From positions 205,716,001-205,780,000 of the forward strand of contig OZ024741.1 in assembly GCA_964016885.1 (NCBI GenBank): a stretch of DNA of 64,000 nucleotides, read 5' to 3'. Shown here in pieces: positions 15,001 to 28,800 of this stretch. Source of the DNA: Eledone cirrhosa. Lineage: Eukaryota. Below the pieces are notes generated by a model. It was not told where the DNA came from. It worked only from the letters and a program-made list of their open reading frames with translations, and ran no database searches. The position numbers were made by a program, and so were the translations under genes. The stretch's first letter is position 1; the number at the start of each line of letters is the position of its first letter.

Positions 15001-18000
15001 ATGGTGGTAATGATGGTGGTGGTGGCAGTATTGGTGTTGGTGGTAATGATGGTGGTGGTGGCAGTGTTGGTGATGGTGGTAATGATGTTGGTGCTGGCAG
15101 TGTTGGTGATGGTGGTAATGATGGTGATGGTGGCAGTGTTGATGTTGGTGATGGTGCTAATGATGGTGGTGGTGGCAGTGATGGTGATGGTGGTAATGAT
15201 GGTGGTGGTGGTGGTAGTGTTGATGTTGGTGATGGTGGTAATGATGTTGGTGGTGGCAGTGCTGGTGTTGGTTATGGTGGTAATGATGGTGGTGGTGGCA
15301 GTGTTGGTGATGGTGGTAATGGTGGTGGTGGCGGCAGTGTTGGTGTTGGTTATGGTGGTAATGATGTTGGTGGTGGCAGTGTTGGTGATGGTGGTAATGA
15401 TGGTGGTGGTGGCAGTGTTGGTGATGGTGGTAATGAAGGTGGTGGTGGCAGTGTTGGTGATGGTGGTAATGATGGTGGTGGTGGCAGTGTTGGAGATGAT
15501 CGTGGTGGTGGCAGTGTTGGTGATGGTGGTAATGATGGTGGTGGTGGCAGTGTTGGTGATGGAGGTAATGATGGTGGTGGTGGCAGTGTTGGTGTTGGTG
15601 ATGGTGGTAATGATGGTGGTGGTGGCAGTATTGGTGATGGTGGTAATGATGGTGGTGTTGGTGATGGTGGTAATGATGGTGATGGTGGTAATGATGGTGG
15701 TGGTGGCAGTGTTGGTGATGGTGGTAATGATGGTGGTGGTGGCAGCGTTGGAGATGATCGTGGTGGTGGCAGTGTTGGTGATGGTGGTAATGATGGTGGT
15801 GGTGGCAGTGTTGGTGTTGGTGGTAATGATGGTGGTGGTGGCAGTGTTGGTGTTGGTGGTAATGATGGTGGTGGTGGCAGTGTTGGTGATAGTGGTAATG
15901 ATGGTGATGGTGGTAATGATGGTGGTTGTGGCAGTGTTCGTGTTGGTGATGGTGGTAATGATGGCGGTGGTGGCAGTATTGGTGATGGTGGTAATGATGG
16001 CGGTGGTGGCAGTATTGGTGATGGTGGTAATGATGTTGGTGGTGGCAGTGTTGGTGTTGGTGGTAATGATGTTGGTGGTGGCAGTGTTGGTGTTGGTGGT
16101 AATGATGGTGGTGGTGGCAGTGTTGGTGATGGTGGTAATGATGGTGGTGCTGGCAGTGTTGATGATGGTGGTAATGATGGTGGTGGTGGCAGTATTGGTG
16201 ATGGTGGTAATGATGGCGGTGGTGGCAGTATTGGTGATGGTGGTAATGATGGTGGTGGTGGCAGTGTTGGTGTTGGTGATGGTGGTAATGATGGTGGTGG
16301 TGGCAGTGTTGGTGTTGGTGGTAATGATGGTGGTGGTGGCAGTGTTGGTGATGGTGGTAATGATGGTGGTGCTGGCAGTGTTGGTGATGGTGGTAATGAT
16401 GGCGGTGGTGGCAGTATTGGTGATGATGGTAATGATGGCGGTGGTGGCAGTATTGGTGATGGTGGTAATGATGGCGGTGGTGGCAGTATTGGTGATGGTG
16501 GTAATGATGGTGGTGGTGGCAGTATTGTTGATGGTGGTAATGATGGTGGTGGTGGCAGTGTTGGTGTTGGTGATGGTGGTAATGATGGCGGTGGTGGCAG
16601 TATTGGTGATGGTGGTAATGATGGCGGTGGTGGCAGTATTGGTGATGGTGGTAATGTTGGCGGTGGTGGCAGTATTGGTGATGGTGGTAATGATGGTGGT
16701 GGTGGCAGTGTTGGTGTTGGTGATGGTGGTAATGATGGTGGTGGTGGTAATGATGCTGGTGGTGGCAGTGTTGGTGTTGGTGATGGTGGTAATGATGATG
16801 GTGGTGGCAGTATTGGTGGTGGTGGTAATGATGGTGATGGTGGCAGCGTTGGTGTTGATGGTAATGATGGTGGTGGTGGCAGTATTGGTGATGGTGGTAA
16901 TGATGGTGGCAGCGTTGGTGTTGATGGTAATGATGGCGGTGGTGGCAGTGTTGGTGATGGTGATGGTTGTAATGATGGTGGTGGTGGCAGTGTTGGTGAT
17001 GGTGATGGTGGTAATGATGGTGGTGGTGGCAGTGTTGGTGTTGGTGGTAATGATGGTGGTGGTGGCAGTGTTGGTGATGGTGATGGTGGTAATGATGGTG
17101 GTGATGGCAGTGTTGGTGATGGTGATGGTGGTAATGATGGTGGTTGTGGCAGTGTTGGTGATGGTGATGGTGGTAATGATGGTGGTGGTGGCAGTGTTGG
17201 TGATGGTGGTAATGATGGCGGTGGTGGCAGTGTTGGTGATGGTGGTAATGGTGGTGGTGGCGGCAGTGTTGGTGATGGTGGTAATGATGGCGGTGGTGGC
17301 AGTGTTGGTGATGGTGGTATTGATGGCGGTGGTGGCAGTGTTGGTGTTGGTGGTAATGATGGTGGTGGTGGCAGTGTTGGTGTTGGTGGTAATGATGGTG
17401 GTGGTGGCAGTGTTGGTGATGGTGATGGTGGTAATGATGGTGGTGGTGGCAGTGTTGGTGATGGTGGTAATGATGGCGGTGGTGGCAGTGTTGGTGATGG
17501 TGGTAATGATGGTGGTGGTGGCAGTGTTGGTGATGGTGGTAATGATGGTGGTGGTGGCAGTGTTGGTGTTGGTGGTAATGATGGTGGTGGTGGCAGTGTT
17601 GATGATGGTGGTAATGATGGTGGTGGTGGCAGTATTGGTGATGGTGGTAATGATGGTGGTGGTGGCAGTGTTGGTGATGGTGGTAATGATGGTGGTGGTG
17701 GCAGTGTTGGTGATGGTGGTAATGATGGTGGTGGTGGCAGTGTTGGTGTTGGTGGTAATGATGGTGATGGTGGTAATGATGGTGGTGGTGGCAGTGTTGG
17801 TGTTGGTGATGGTGGTAATGATGGTGGTGGTGGCAGTGTTGGTGATGGTGGTAATGATGGCGGTGGTGGCAGTGTTGGTGATGGTGGTAATGGTGGTGGT
17901 GGCGGCAGTGTTGGTGATGGTGGTAATGATGGCGGTGGTGGCAGTGTTGGTGATGGTGGTAATGATGTTGGTGGTGGCAGTGTTGGTGTTGGTGGTAATT

Positions 18001-21000
18001 ATGGTGGTGGTGGCAGTGTTGGTGTTGGTGGTAATGATGGTGGTGGTGGCAGTGTTGATGATGGTGGTAATGATGGTGGTGGTGGCAGTGTTGGTGATGG
18101 TGGTAATAATGGTGGTGGTGGCAGTGTTGGTGATGGTGGTAATGATGGTGGTGGTGTTGGTGCTGGTGTTGGTGATGGTGGTAATGATGGTGGTGGTGGC
18201 AGTGTTGGTGATGGGGGTAATGATGGTGTTGGTGGCAGTGTTGGTGTTGGTGATGATGATGGTGATGATGATGGTGGTGGTGGCAGTGTTGGAGATGATG
18301 GTGCTGGTGGCAGTGTTGGTGATGGTAGTAATGGTGGTGGTGGTGGCAGTGTTGGAGATGATCGTGGTGGTGGCAGTGTTGGTGATGGTGGTAATGATGG
18401 TGGTGGTGGCAGTGTTGGTGTTGGTGGTAATGATGGTGGTGGTGGCAGTGTTGGTGATAGTGGTAATGATGGTGATGGTGGTAATGATGGTGGTGGTGGC
18501 AGTGTTGGTGTTGGTGATGGTGGTAATGATGGCGGTGGTGGCAGTATTGGTGATGGTGGTAATGATGGCGGTGGTGGCAGTATTGGTGATGGTGGTAATG
18601 ATGGTGGTGGTGGCAGTGTTGGTGATGGTGGCAATGATGGTGGTGCTGGCAGTGTTGGTGATGGTGATGGTGGTAATGATGGTGGTGGTGGCAGTGTTGG
18701 TGTTGGTGGTAATGATGGTGGTGGTGGCAGTGTTGGTGATGGTGGTAATGATGGTGGTGCTGGCAGTGTTGATGATGGTGGTAATGATGGTGGTGGTGGT
18801 AGTGTTGGTGTTGATGATGGTGGTAATGAAGGTGGTGGTGGCAGTGTTGGTGATGGTGGTAATGATGGTGGTGGCGGTAGTGTTGGTGTTGATGATGGTG
18901 GTAATGATGGTGGTGGTGGCAGTGTTGGTGTTGGTGGTAATGATGGTGGTGGTGGCAGTATTGGTGATGGTGGTAATGATGGTGGTGGTGGCAGTGTTGG
19001 TGTTGGTGATGGTGGTAATGATGGTGGTGGTGGCAGTGTTGGTGATGGTGGTAATGATGGTGGTGCTGGCAATGTTGGTGATGGTGGTAATGATGGTGGT
19101 GGTGGCAGTATTGGTGATGGTGGTAATGATGGCGGTGGTGGCAGTATTGGTGATGGTGGTAATGATGGTGGTGGTGGCAGTATTGGTGATGGTGGTAATG
19201 ATGGTGGTGGTGACAGTGTTGGTGATGGTGGTAATGATGGTGGTGGTGGCAGTGTTGGTGTTGGTGATGGTGGTAATGATGGTGGTGGTGGCAGTGTTGG
19301 TGTTGGTGGTAATGATGGTGGTGGTGGCAGTGTTGGTGATGGTGGTAATGATGGTGGTGCTGGCAATGTTGGTGATGGTGGTAATGATGGCGGTGGTGGC
19401 AGTATTGGTGATGGTGGTAATGATGGCGGTGGTGGCAGTATTGGTAATGGTGGTAATGATGGTGGTGGTGGCAGTATTGGTGATGGTGGTAATGATGGTG
19501 GTGGTGGCAGTGTTGATGTTGGTGATGGTGGTAATGATGGTGGTGGTGGTAATGATGGTGGTGGTGGCAGTGTTGGTGTTGGTGGTAATGATGGTGGCAG
19601 CGTTGGTGTTGATGGTAATGATGGTGGTGGTGGCAGTGTTGGTGATGGTGATGGTTGTAATGATGGTGGTGGTGGCAGTGTTGGTGATGGTGGTAATGAT
19701 GGCGGTGGTGGCAGTATTGGTGATGGTGGTAATGATGGTGGTGGTGGCAGTGTTGGTGTTGGTGATGGTGGTAATGATGGTGGTGGTGGTAATGATGGTG
19801 GTGGTGGCAGTGTTGGTGTTGGTGGTAATGATGGTGGCAGCGTTGGTGTTGATGGTAATGATGGTGGTGGTGGCAGTGTTGGTGATGGTGATGGTTGTAA
19901 TGATGGTGGTGGTGGCAGTGTTGGTGATGGTGATGGTGGTAATGATGGTGGTGGTGGCAGTGTTGGTGTTGGTGGTAATGATGGTGGTGGTGGTAGTGTT
20001 GGTGATGGTGATGGTGGTAATGATGGTGGTGGTGGCAGTGTTGGTGATGGTGATGGTGGTAATGATGGTGGTGGTGGCAGTGTTGGTGTTGGTGATGGTG
20101 GTAATGATGATGGTGGTGGCAGTATTGGTGATGGTGGTAATGATGGTGGCAGCGTTGGTGTTGATGGTAATGATGGTGGTGGTGGCAGTGTTGGTGATGG
20201 TGATGGTTGTAATGATGGTGGTGGTGGCAGTGTTGGTGATGGTGATGGTGGTAATGATGGTGGTGGTGGCAGTGTTGGTGTTGGTGGTAATGATGGTGGT
20301 GGTGGCAGTGTTGGTGATGGTGATGGTGGTAATGATGGTGGTGGTGGCAGTGTTGGTGTTGGTGATGGTGGTAATGATGGTGGTGGTGGCACTGTTGGTG
20401 ATGGTGGTAATGATGGCGGTGGTGGCAGTGTTGGTGATGGTGGTAATGGTGGTGGTGGCGGCAGTGTTGGTGATGGTGGTAATGATGGCGGTGGAGGCAG
20501 TGTTGGTGATGGTGGTATTGATGGCGGTGGTGGCAGTGTTGGTGTTGGTGGTAATGATGGTGGTGGTGGCAGTGTTGGTGTTGGTGGTAATGATGGTGGT
20601 GGTGGCAGTGTTGGTGATAGTGGTAATGATGGTGATGGTGGTAATGATGGTGGTGGTGGCAGTGTTGGTGTTGGTGATGGTGGTAATGATGGTGGTGGTG
20701 GTAATGATGGTGGTGGTGGCAGTGTTGGTGTTGGTGATGGTGGTAATGATGGCGGTGGTGGCAGTATTGGTGATGGTGGTAATGATGGCGGTGGTGGCAG
20801 TATTGGTGATGGTGGTAATGATGGCGGTGGTGGCAGTGTTGGTGATGGTGGCAATGATGGTGGTGCTGGCAGTGTTGGTGATGGTGATGGTGGTAATGAT
20901 GGTGGTGGTGGCAGTGTTGGTGTTGGTGGTAATGATGGTGGTGGTGGCAGTGTTGGTGATGGTGGTAATGATGGTGGTGGTGGCAGTGTTGGTGTTGGTG

Positions 21001-24000
21001 ATGGTGGTAATGATGGTGGTGGTGGCAGTGTTGGTGATGGTGGTAATGATGGTGGTGCTGGCAATGTTGGTGATGGTGGTAATGATGGTGGTGGTGGCAG
21101 TATTGGTGATGGTGGTAATGATGGCGGTGGTGGCAGTATTGGTGATGGTGGTAATGATGGTGGTGGTGGCAGTATTGGTGATGGTGGTAATGATGGTGGT
21201 GGTGACAGTGTTGGTGATGGTGGTAATGATGGTGGTGGTGGCAGTGTTGGTGTTGGTGATGGTGGTAATGATGGTGGTGGTGGCAGTGTTGGTGTTGGTG
21301 ATGGTGGTAATGATGGCGGTGGTGGCAGTATTGGTGATGGTGGTAATGATGGCGGTGGTGGCAGTATTGGTGATGGTGGTAATGATGGTGGTGGTGGCAG
21401 TGTTGGTGTTGGTGATGGTGGTAATGATGGTGGTGGTGGCAGTGTTGGTGTTGGTGGTAATGATGGTGGTGGTGGCAGTGTTGGTGATGGTGGTAATGAT
21501 GGTGGTGCTGGCAATGTTGGTGATGGTGGTAATGATGGCGGTGGTGGCAGTATTGGTGATGGTGGTAATGATGGCGGTGGTGGCAGTATTGGTAATGGTG
21601 GTAATGATGGTGGTGGTGGCAGTATTGGTGATGGTGGTAATGATGGTGGTGGTGGCAGTGTTGATGTTGGTGATGGTGGTAATGATGGTGGTGGTGGTAA
21701 TGATGGTGGTGGTGGCAGTGTTGGTGTTGGTGGTAATGATGGTGGCAGCGTTGGTGTTGATGGTAATGATGGTGGTGGTGGCAGTGTTGGTCATGGTGAT
21801 GGTTGTAATGATGGTGGTGGTGGCAGTGTTGGTGATGGTGGTAATGATGGCGGTGGTGGCAGTATTGGTGATGGTGGTAATGATGGTGGTGGTGGCAGTG
21901 TTGGTGTTGGTGATGGTGGTAATGATGGTGGTGGTGGTAATGATGGTGGTGGTGGCAGTGTTGGTGTTGGTGGTAATGATGGTGGCAGCGTTGGTGTTGA
22001 TGGTAATGATGGTGGTGGTGGCAGTGTTGGTGATGGTGATGGTTGTAATGATGGTGGTGGTGGCAGTGTTGGTGTTGGTGGTAATGATGGTGGTGGTGGC
22101 AGTGTTGGTGATGGTGATGGTGGTAATGATGGTGGTGGTGGCAGTGTTGGTGTTGGTGATGGTGGTAATGATGGTGGTGGTGGCACTGTTGGTGATGGTG
22201 GTAATGATGGCGGTGGTGGCAGTGTTGGTGATGGTGGTAATGGTGGTGGTGGCGGCAGTGTTGGTGATGGTGGTAATGATGGCGGTGGAGGCAGTGTTGG
22301 TGATGGTGGTATTGATGGCGGTGGTGGCAGTGTTGGTGTTGGTGGTAATGATGGTGGTGGTGGCAGTGTTGGTGTTGGTGGTAATGATGGTGGTGGTGGC
22401 AGTGTTGGTGATAGTGGTAATGATGGTGATGGTGGTAATGATGGTGGTGGTGGCAGTGTTGGTGTTGGTGATGGTGGTAATGATGGTGGTGGTGGTAATG
22501 ATGGTGGTGGTGGCAGTGTTGGTGTTGGTGATGGTGGTAATGATGGCGGTGGTGGCAGTATTGGTGATGGTGGTAATGATGGCGGTGGTGGCAGTGTTGG
22601 TGATGGTGGCAATGATGGTGGTGCTGGCAGTGTTGGTGATGGTGATGGTGGTAATGATGGTGGTGGTGGCAGTGTTGGTGTTGGTGGTAATGATGGTGGT
22701 GGTGGCAGTGTTGGTGATGGTGGTAATGATGGTGGTGCTGGCAGTGTTGGTGTTGATGGTAATGATGGTGGTGGTGACAGTGTTGGTGTTGGTGGTAATG
22801 ATGGTGGTGGTGGTGGTGGCAGTGCTGGTGATGGTGGTAATGATGGTGGGGGTGGCAGTGCTGGTGTTGGTGATGGTAGTAATGATGGTGGTGGTGGCAG
22901 TGTTGGTGTTGGTGATGGTTGTAATGATGGTGGTGGTGGCAGTGTTGGTGTTGGTGATGGTGGTAATGATGGTAGTGGTGGCAGTATTGGTGATGGTGGT
23001 AATGATGGTGGTGGTGGCAGTGTTGGTGTTGGTGGTAACGATGGTGGTGGTGGCAGTGTTGGTGTTGGTGGTAATGATGGTGGTGGTGGCAGTGTTGATG
23101 ATGGTGGTAATGATGGTGGTGGTGGCAGTGTTGGTGATGGTGGTAATAATGGTGGTGGTGGCAGTGTTGGTGATGGTGGTAATGATGGTGGTGGTGTTGG
23201 TGCTGGTGTTGGTGGTAATGATGGTGGTGGTGGCACTGTTGGTGATGGTGGTAATGATGGTGGTGGTGGCAGTGTTGGTGATGGTGGTAATGATGGTGGT
23301 GGTGGCAGTGTTGGTGATGGTGGTAATGATGGCGGTGGTGGCAGTGTTGGTGATGGTGGTAATGATGGTGGTGGTGGCAGTATTGGTGATGGTGGTAATG
23401 ATGGTGGTGGTGGCAGTGTTGGTGATGGTGGTAATGATGGTGGTGGTGGCAGTGTTGGTGTTGGTGGTAATGATGGTGGTGGTGGCAGTGTTGATGATGG
23501 TGGTAATGATGGTGGTGGTGGCAGTGTTGGTGATGGTGGTAATGATGGTGGTGGTGGCAGTGTTGGTGATGGTGGTAATGATGGTGGTGGTGGCAGTGTT
23601 GGTGATGGTGGTAATGATGGTGGTGTTGGCAGTATTGGTGATGGTGGTAATGATGGTGGTGGTGGCAGTGTTGGTGTTGGTGATGGTGGTAATGATGGTG
23701 GTGGTGGCAGTATTGGTGATGGTGGTAATGATGGTGGTGTTGGTGATGGTGGTAATGATGGTGATGGTGGTAATGATGGTGGTGGTGGCAGTGTTGGTGA
23801 TGGTGGTAATGATGGTGGTGGTGGCAGCGTTGGAGATGATCGTGGTGGTGGCAGTGTTGGTGATGGTGGTAATGAGGGTGGTGGTGGCAGTGTTGGTGTT
23901 GGTGGTAATGATGGTGGTGGTGGCAGTGTTGGTGTTGGTGGTAATGATGGTGGTGGTGGCAGTGTTGGTGATAGTGGTAATGATGGTGATGGTGGTAATG

Positions 24001-27000
24001 ATGGTGGTGGTGGCAGTGTTGGTGTTGGTGATGGTGGTAATGATGGTGGTGGTGGTAATGATGGTGGTGGTGGCAGTGTTGGTGTTGGTGATGGTGGTAA
24101 TGATGGCGGTGGTGGCAGTATTGGTGATGGTGGTAATGATGGCGGTGGTGGCAGTATTGGTGATGGTGGTAATGATGGCGGTGGTGGCAGGGTTGGTGAT
24201 GGTGGCAATGATGGTGGTGCTGGCAGTGTTGGTGATGGTGATGGTGGTAATGATGGTGGTGGTGGCAGTATTGGTGTTGGTGGTAATGATGGTGGTGGTG
24301 GCAGTGTTGGTGATGGTGGTAATGATGTTGGTGCTGGCAGTGTTGGTGATGGTGGTAATGATGGTGATGGTGGCAGTGTTGATGTTGGTGATGGTGCTAA
24401 TGATGGTGGTGGTGGCAGTGATGGTGATGGTGGTAATGATGGTGGTGGTGGTGGTAGTGTTGATGTTGGTGATGGTGGTAATGATGTTGGTGGTGGCAGT
24501 GCTGGTGTTGGTTATGGTGGTAATGATGGTGGTGGTGGCAGTGTTGGTGATGGTGGTAATGGTGGTGGTGGCGGCAGTGTTGGTGTTGGTTATGGTGGTA
24601 ATGATGTTGGTGGTGGCAGTGTTGGTGATGGTGGTAATGATGGTGGTGGTGGCAGTGTTGGTGATGGTGGTAATGAAGGTGGTGGTGGCAGTGTTGGTGA
24701 TGGTGGTAATGATGGTGGTGGTGGCAGTGTTGGAGATGATCGTGGTGGTGGCAGTGTTGGTGATGGTGGTAATGATGGTGGTGGTGGCAGTGTTGGTGAT
24801 GGAGGTAATGATGGTGGTGGTGGCAGTGTTGGTGTTGGTGATGGTGGTAATGATGGTGGTGGTGGCAGTATTGGTGATGGTGGTAATGATGGTGGTGTTG
24901 GTGATGGTGGTAATGATGGTGATGGTGGTAATGATGGTGGTGGTGGCAGTGTTGGTGATGGTGGTAATGATGGTGGTGGTGGCAGCGTTGGAGATGATCG
25001 TGGTGGTGGCAGTGTTGGTGATGGTGGTAATGATGGTGGTGGTGGCAGTGTTGGTGTTGGTGGTAATGATGGTGGTGGTGGCAGTGTTGGTGTTGGTGGT
25101 AATGATGGTGGTGGTGGCAGTGTTGGTGATAGTGGTAATGATGGTGATGGTGGTAATGATGGTGGTTGTGGCAGTGTTCGTGTTGGTGATGGTGGTAATG
25201 ATGGCGGTGGTGGCAGTATTGGTGATGGTGGTAATGATGGCGGTGGTGGCAGTATTGGTGATGGTGGTAATGATGTTGGTGGTGGCAGTGTTGGTGTTGG
25301 TGGTAATGATGTTGGTGGTGGCAGTGTTGGTGTTGGTGGTAATGATGGTGGTGGTGGCAGTGTTGGTGATGGTGGTAATGATGGTGGTGCTGGCAGTGTT
25401 GATGATGGTGGTAATGATGGTGGTGGTGGCAGTATTGGTGATGGTGGTAATGATGGCGGTGGTGGCAGTATTGGTGATGGTGGTAATGATGGTGGTGGTG
25501 GCAGTGTTGGTGTTGGTGATGGTGGTAATGATGGTGGTGGTGGCAGTGTTGGTGTTGGTGGTAATGATGGTGGTGGTGGCAGTGTTGGTGATGGTGGTAA
25601 TGATGGCGGTGCTGGCAGTGTTGGTGATGGTGGTAATGATGGCGGTGGTGGCAGTATTGGTGATGATGGTAATGATGGCGGTGGTGGCAGTATTGGTGAT
25701 GGTGGTAATGATGGCGGTGGTGGCAGTATTGGTGATGGTGGTAATGATGGTGGTGGTGGCAGTATTGTTGATGGTGGTAATGATGGTGGTGGTGGCAGTG
25801 TTGGTGTTGGTGATGGTGGTAATGATGGCGGTGGTGGCAGTATTGGTGATGGTGGTAATGATGGCGGTGGTGGCAGTATTGGTGATGGTGGTAATGTTGG
25901 CGGTGGTGGCAGTATTGGTGATGGTGGTAATGATGGTGGTGGTGGCAGTGTTGGTGTTGGTGATGGTGGTAATGATGGTGGTGGTGGTAATGATGCTGGT
26001 GGTGGCAGTGTTGGTGTTGGTGATGGTGGTAATGATGATGGTGGTGGCAGTATTGGTGGTGGTGGTAATGATGGTGATGGTGGCAGCGTTGGTGTTGATG
26101 GTAATGATGGTGGTGGTGGCAGTATTGGTGATGGTGGTAATGATGGTGGCAGCGTTGGTGTTGATGGTAATGATGGCGGTGGTGGCAGTGTTGGTGATGG
26201 TGATGGTTGTAATGATGGTGGTGGTGGCAGTGTTGGTGATGGTGATGGTGGTAATGATGGTGGTGGTGGCAGTGTTGGTGTTGGTGGTAATGATGGTGGT
26301 GGTGGCAGTGTTGGTGATGGTGATGGTGGTAATGATGGTGGTGATGGCAGTGTTGGTGATGGTGATGGTGGTAATGATGGTGGTTGTGGCAGTGTTGGTG
26401 ATGGTGATGGTGGTAATGATGGTGGTGGTGGCAGTGTTGGTGATGGTGGTAATGATGGCGGTGGTGGCAGTGTTGGTGATGGTGGTAATGGTGGTGGTGG
26501 CGGCAGTGTTGGTGATGGTGGTAATGATGGCGGTGGTGGCAGTGTTGGTGATGGTGGTATTGATGGCGGTGGTGGCAGTGTTGGTGTTGGTGGTAATGAT
26601 GGTGGTGGTGGCAGTGTTGGTGATGGTGATGGTGGTAATGATGGTGGTGGTGGCAGTGTTGGTGATGGTGGTAATGATGGCGGTGGTGGCAGTGTTGGTG
26701 ATGGTGGTAATGATGGTGGTGGTGGCAGTGTTGGTGATGGTGGTAATGATGGTGGTGGTGGCAGTGTTGGTGTTGGTGGTAATGATGGTGGTGGTGGCAG
26801 TGTTGATGATGGTGGTAATGATGGTGGTGGTGGCAGTATTGGTGATGGTGGTAATGATGGTGGTGGTGGCAGTGTTGGTGATGGTGGTAATGATGGTGGT
26901 GGTGGCAGTGTTGGTGTTGGTGGTAATGATGGTGGTGGTGGCAGTGTTGGTGATGGTGATGGTGGTAATGATGGTGGTGGTGGCAGTGTTGGTGTTGGTG

Positions 27001-27870
27001 ATGGTGGTAATGATGGTGGTGGTGGCAGTGTTGGTGATGGTGGTAATGATGGCGGTGGTGGCAGTGTTGGTGATGGTGGTAATGGTGGTGGTGGCGGCAG
27101 TGTTGGTGATGGTGGTAATGATGGCGGTGGTGGCAGTGTTGGTGATGGTGGTATTGATGGCGGTGGTGGCAGTGTTGGTGTTGGTGGTAATTATGGTGGT
27201 GTTGGCAGTGTTGGTGTTGGTGGTAATGATGGTGGTGGTGGCAGTGTTGGTGATGGTGATGGTGGTAATGATGGCGGTGGTGGCAGTGTTGGTGATGGTG
27301 GTAATGATGGTGGTGGTGGCAGTATTGGTGATGGTGGTAATGATGGTGGTGGTGGCAGTGTTGGTGATGGTGGTAATGATGGTGGTGGTGGCAGTGTTGG
27401 TGTTGGTGGTAATGATGGTGGTGGTGGCAGTGTTGGTGATGGTGGTAATGATGGTGGTGGTGGCAGTGTTGGTGATGGTGGTAATGATGGTGGTGGTGGC
27501 AGTGTTGGTGATGGTGGTAATGATGGTGGTGGTGGCAGTGTTGGTGATGGTGGTAATGATGGTGGTGGTGGCATTATTGGTGATGGTGGTAATGATGGCG
27601 GTGGTGGCAGTGTTGGTGATGGTGATGGTGGTAATGATGGTGGTGGTGGCAGTGTTGGTGATGGTGGTAATGATGGTGGTGGTGGCAGTGTTGGTGTTGG
27701 TGGTGGTGGTGGTGGCAGTGTTAGTGTTGGTGGTAATGATGGTGGTGGTGGCAGTGTTGGTGTTGGTGTTGGTGATGGTGGTAATGATGGTGGTGGTGGC
27801 AGTGTTGGTGTTGGTGGTGGTGGTGGTGGCAGTGTTGGTGTTGATGTCGGATGTGGTGTTGGTGGTAATA
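1..27870. repeat. Large degenerate satellite, basic unit ~36 bp (GGTGATGGTGGTAATGATGGTGGTGGTGGCAGTGTT) with 3/6-bp length variants; runs off the left edge
   Basis: Continuous reiteration of the unit from base 1 to ~27870. The + strand is almost only G/T. Length variants are multiples of 3 except one 1-nt break near 4062 (aataatggtgtcgtggc versus the usual aataatggtggtcgtggc). Confidence 0.97.
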
Positions 27871-28085
27871 GTAACTACTGTATTAGTTAAAATCTTGTTG
27901 TTGTTTTTGTTGTTGTTATTGTTATTGTTGTTGTTGTTCTTCTTCTCCTACTTCTGTTCCTCCCCCCTCCTTACCACCTCTGTAGTCATCCTCCCCCCTG
28001 CTCCCAACTTCTCTCATGAGATTCCACCATTACGTCATCGGTTGTTTGCTTTTCGATTTCACTGAAAAACCTTCCTATTCACCTT

Positions 28086-28114
28086 GACACACACACACAT
28101 ACACACACACACAT

Positions 28115-28154
<40 letters not shown>

Positions 28155-28460
28155 TTGTGTGTGTGTATGTGTCTATACGTGTTTGTGTGTATGTGTATAC
28201 ACACACACACGTATAGACACACATACACACAAACACACATACACATACATACACACAAATACACACACACACATGCATACGCACACACACACATACACAC
28301 ACATAAACAACCATACACACACATACACATACACACCTACGCACACACACAAAGCTGCTGCTATATTTTTGGCCACCACCACCATCACTACTACCACCAC
28401 CACCACCACCACCAGCACCATCGCTACTACTCCCCGTCATCACTACCACCACCACCAAAA
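28086..28460. repeat. Compound CA/TA/TG microsatellite followed by a (CAC)n tract
   Basis: Read directly; it accounts for the low-complexity ORFs called here. Confidence 0.9.
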
Positions 28461-28798
28461 CTCCATGTGCGATCTAACTTCTCCAGTTCACTGCGATCGC
28501 ACACGCGGAACACATTCTTCATCACTCTTACCAAAGCCGCGATCAGAATATTAAACTTAACGTTGTTGGACATCGCTGAGTTTTTGTGTATAAGGTATTT
28601 GGAGGCTATGGGTTTAGCATAATGGGTTTTCTCGTTTATAGTGTTTAACCAGAGTTCAATGTCTAACACTGGTAGTCTATTGTTAGGGTGTTTGGAAGGG
28701 TAGTCGATAGTTACTGTTATGCTCTGGTGTATGGAATTAGCTTTCTGCTGGATACTCTCCATTGTGTTAGTTTCTAATTCGGGTTTATTGGTACTCTC
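28460..28798 (-). mobile_element. Penelope-like element RT/thumb fragment, diverged relative of the 50-56 kb family
   Basis: MESIQQKANSIHQSITVTIDYPSKHPNNRLPVLDIELWL aligns by eye with MESIQQIANCIHQSIRVTIDYPSRHPNHRLPVLDTELWL in ORF 54375-55724. Confidence 0.85.
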
Positions 28799-28800
28799 TT

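Noticed and set aside
1-27870. CRISPR array (36-bp periodicity)
   Set aside because: No unique spacers and no cas genes; eukaryotic context.
2-28065. Giant Val/Met-rich (8554 aa), Gly-rich (7814 aa), Thr-rich and Pro-rich ORFs as genes
   Set aside because: They overlap in several frames on both strands because the repeat unit lacks stops in those frames. There is no domain, signal peptide or unique coding flank.
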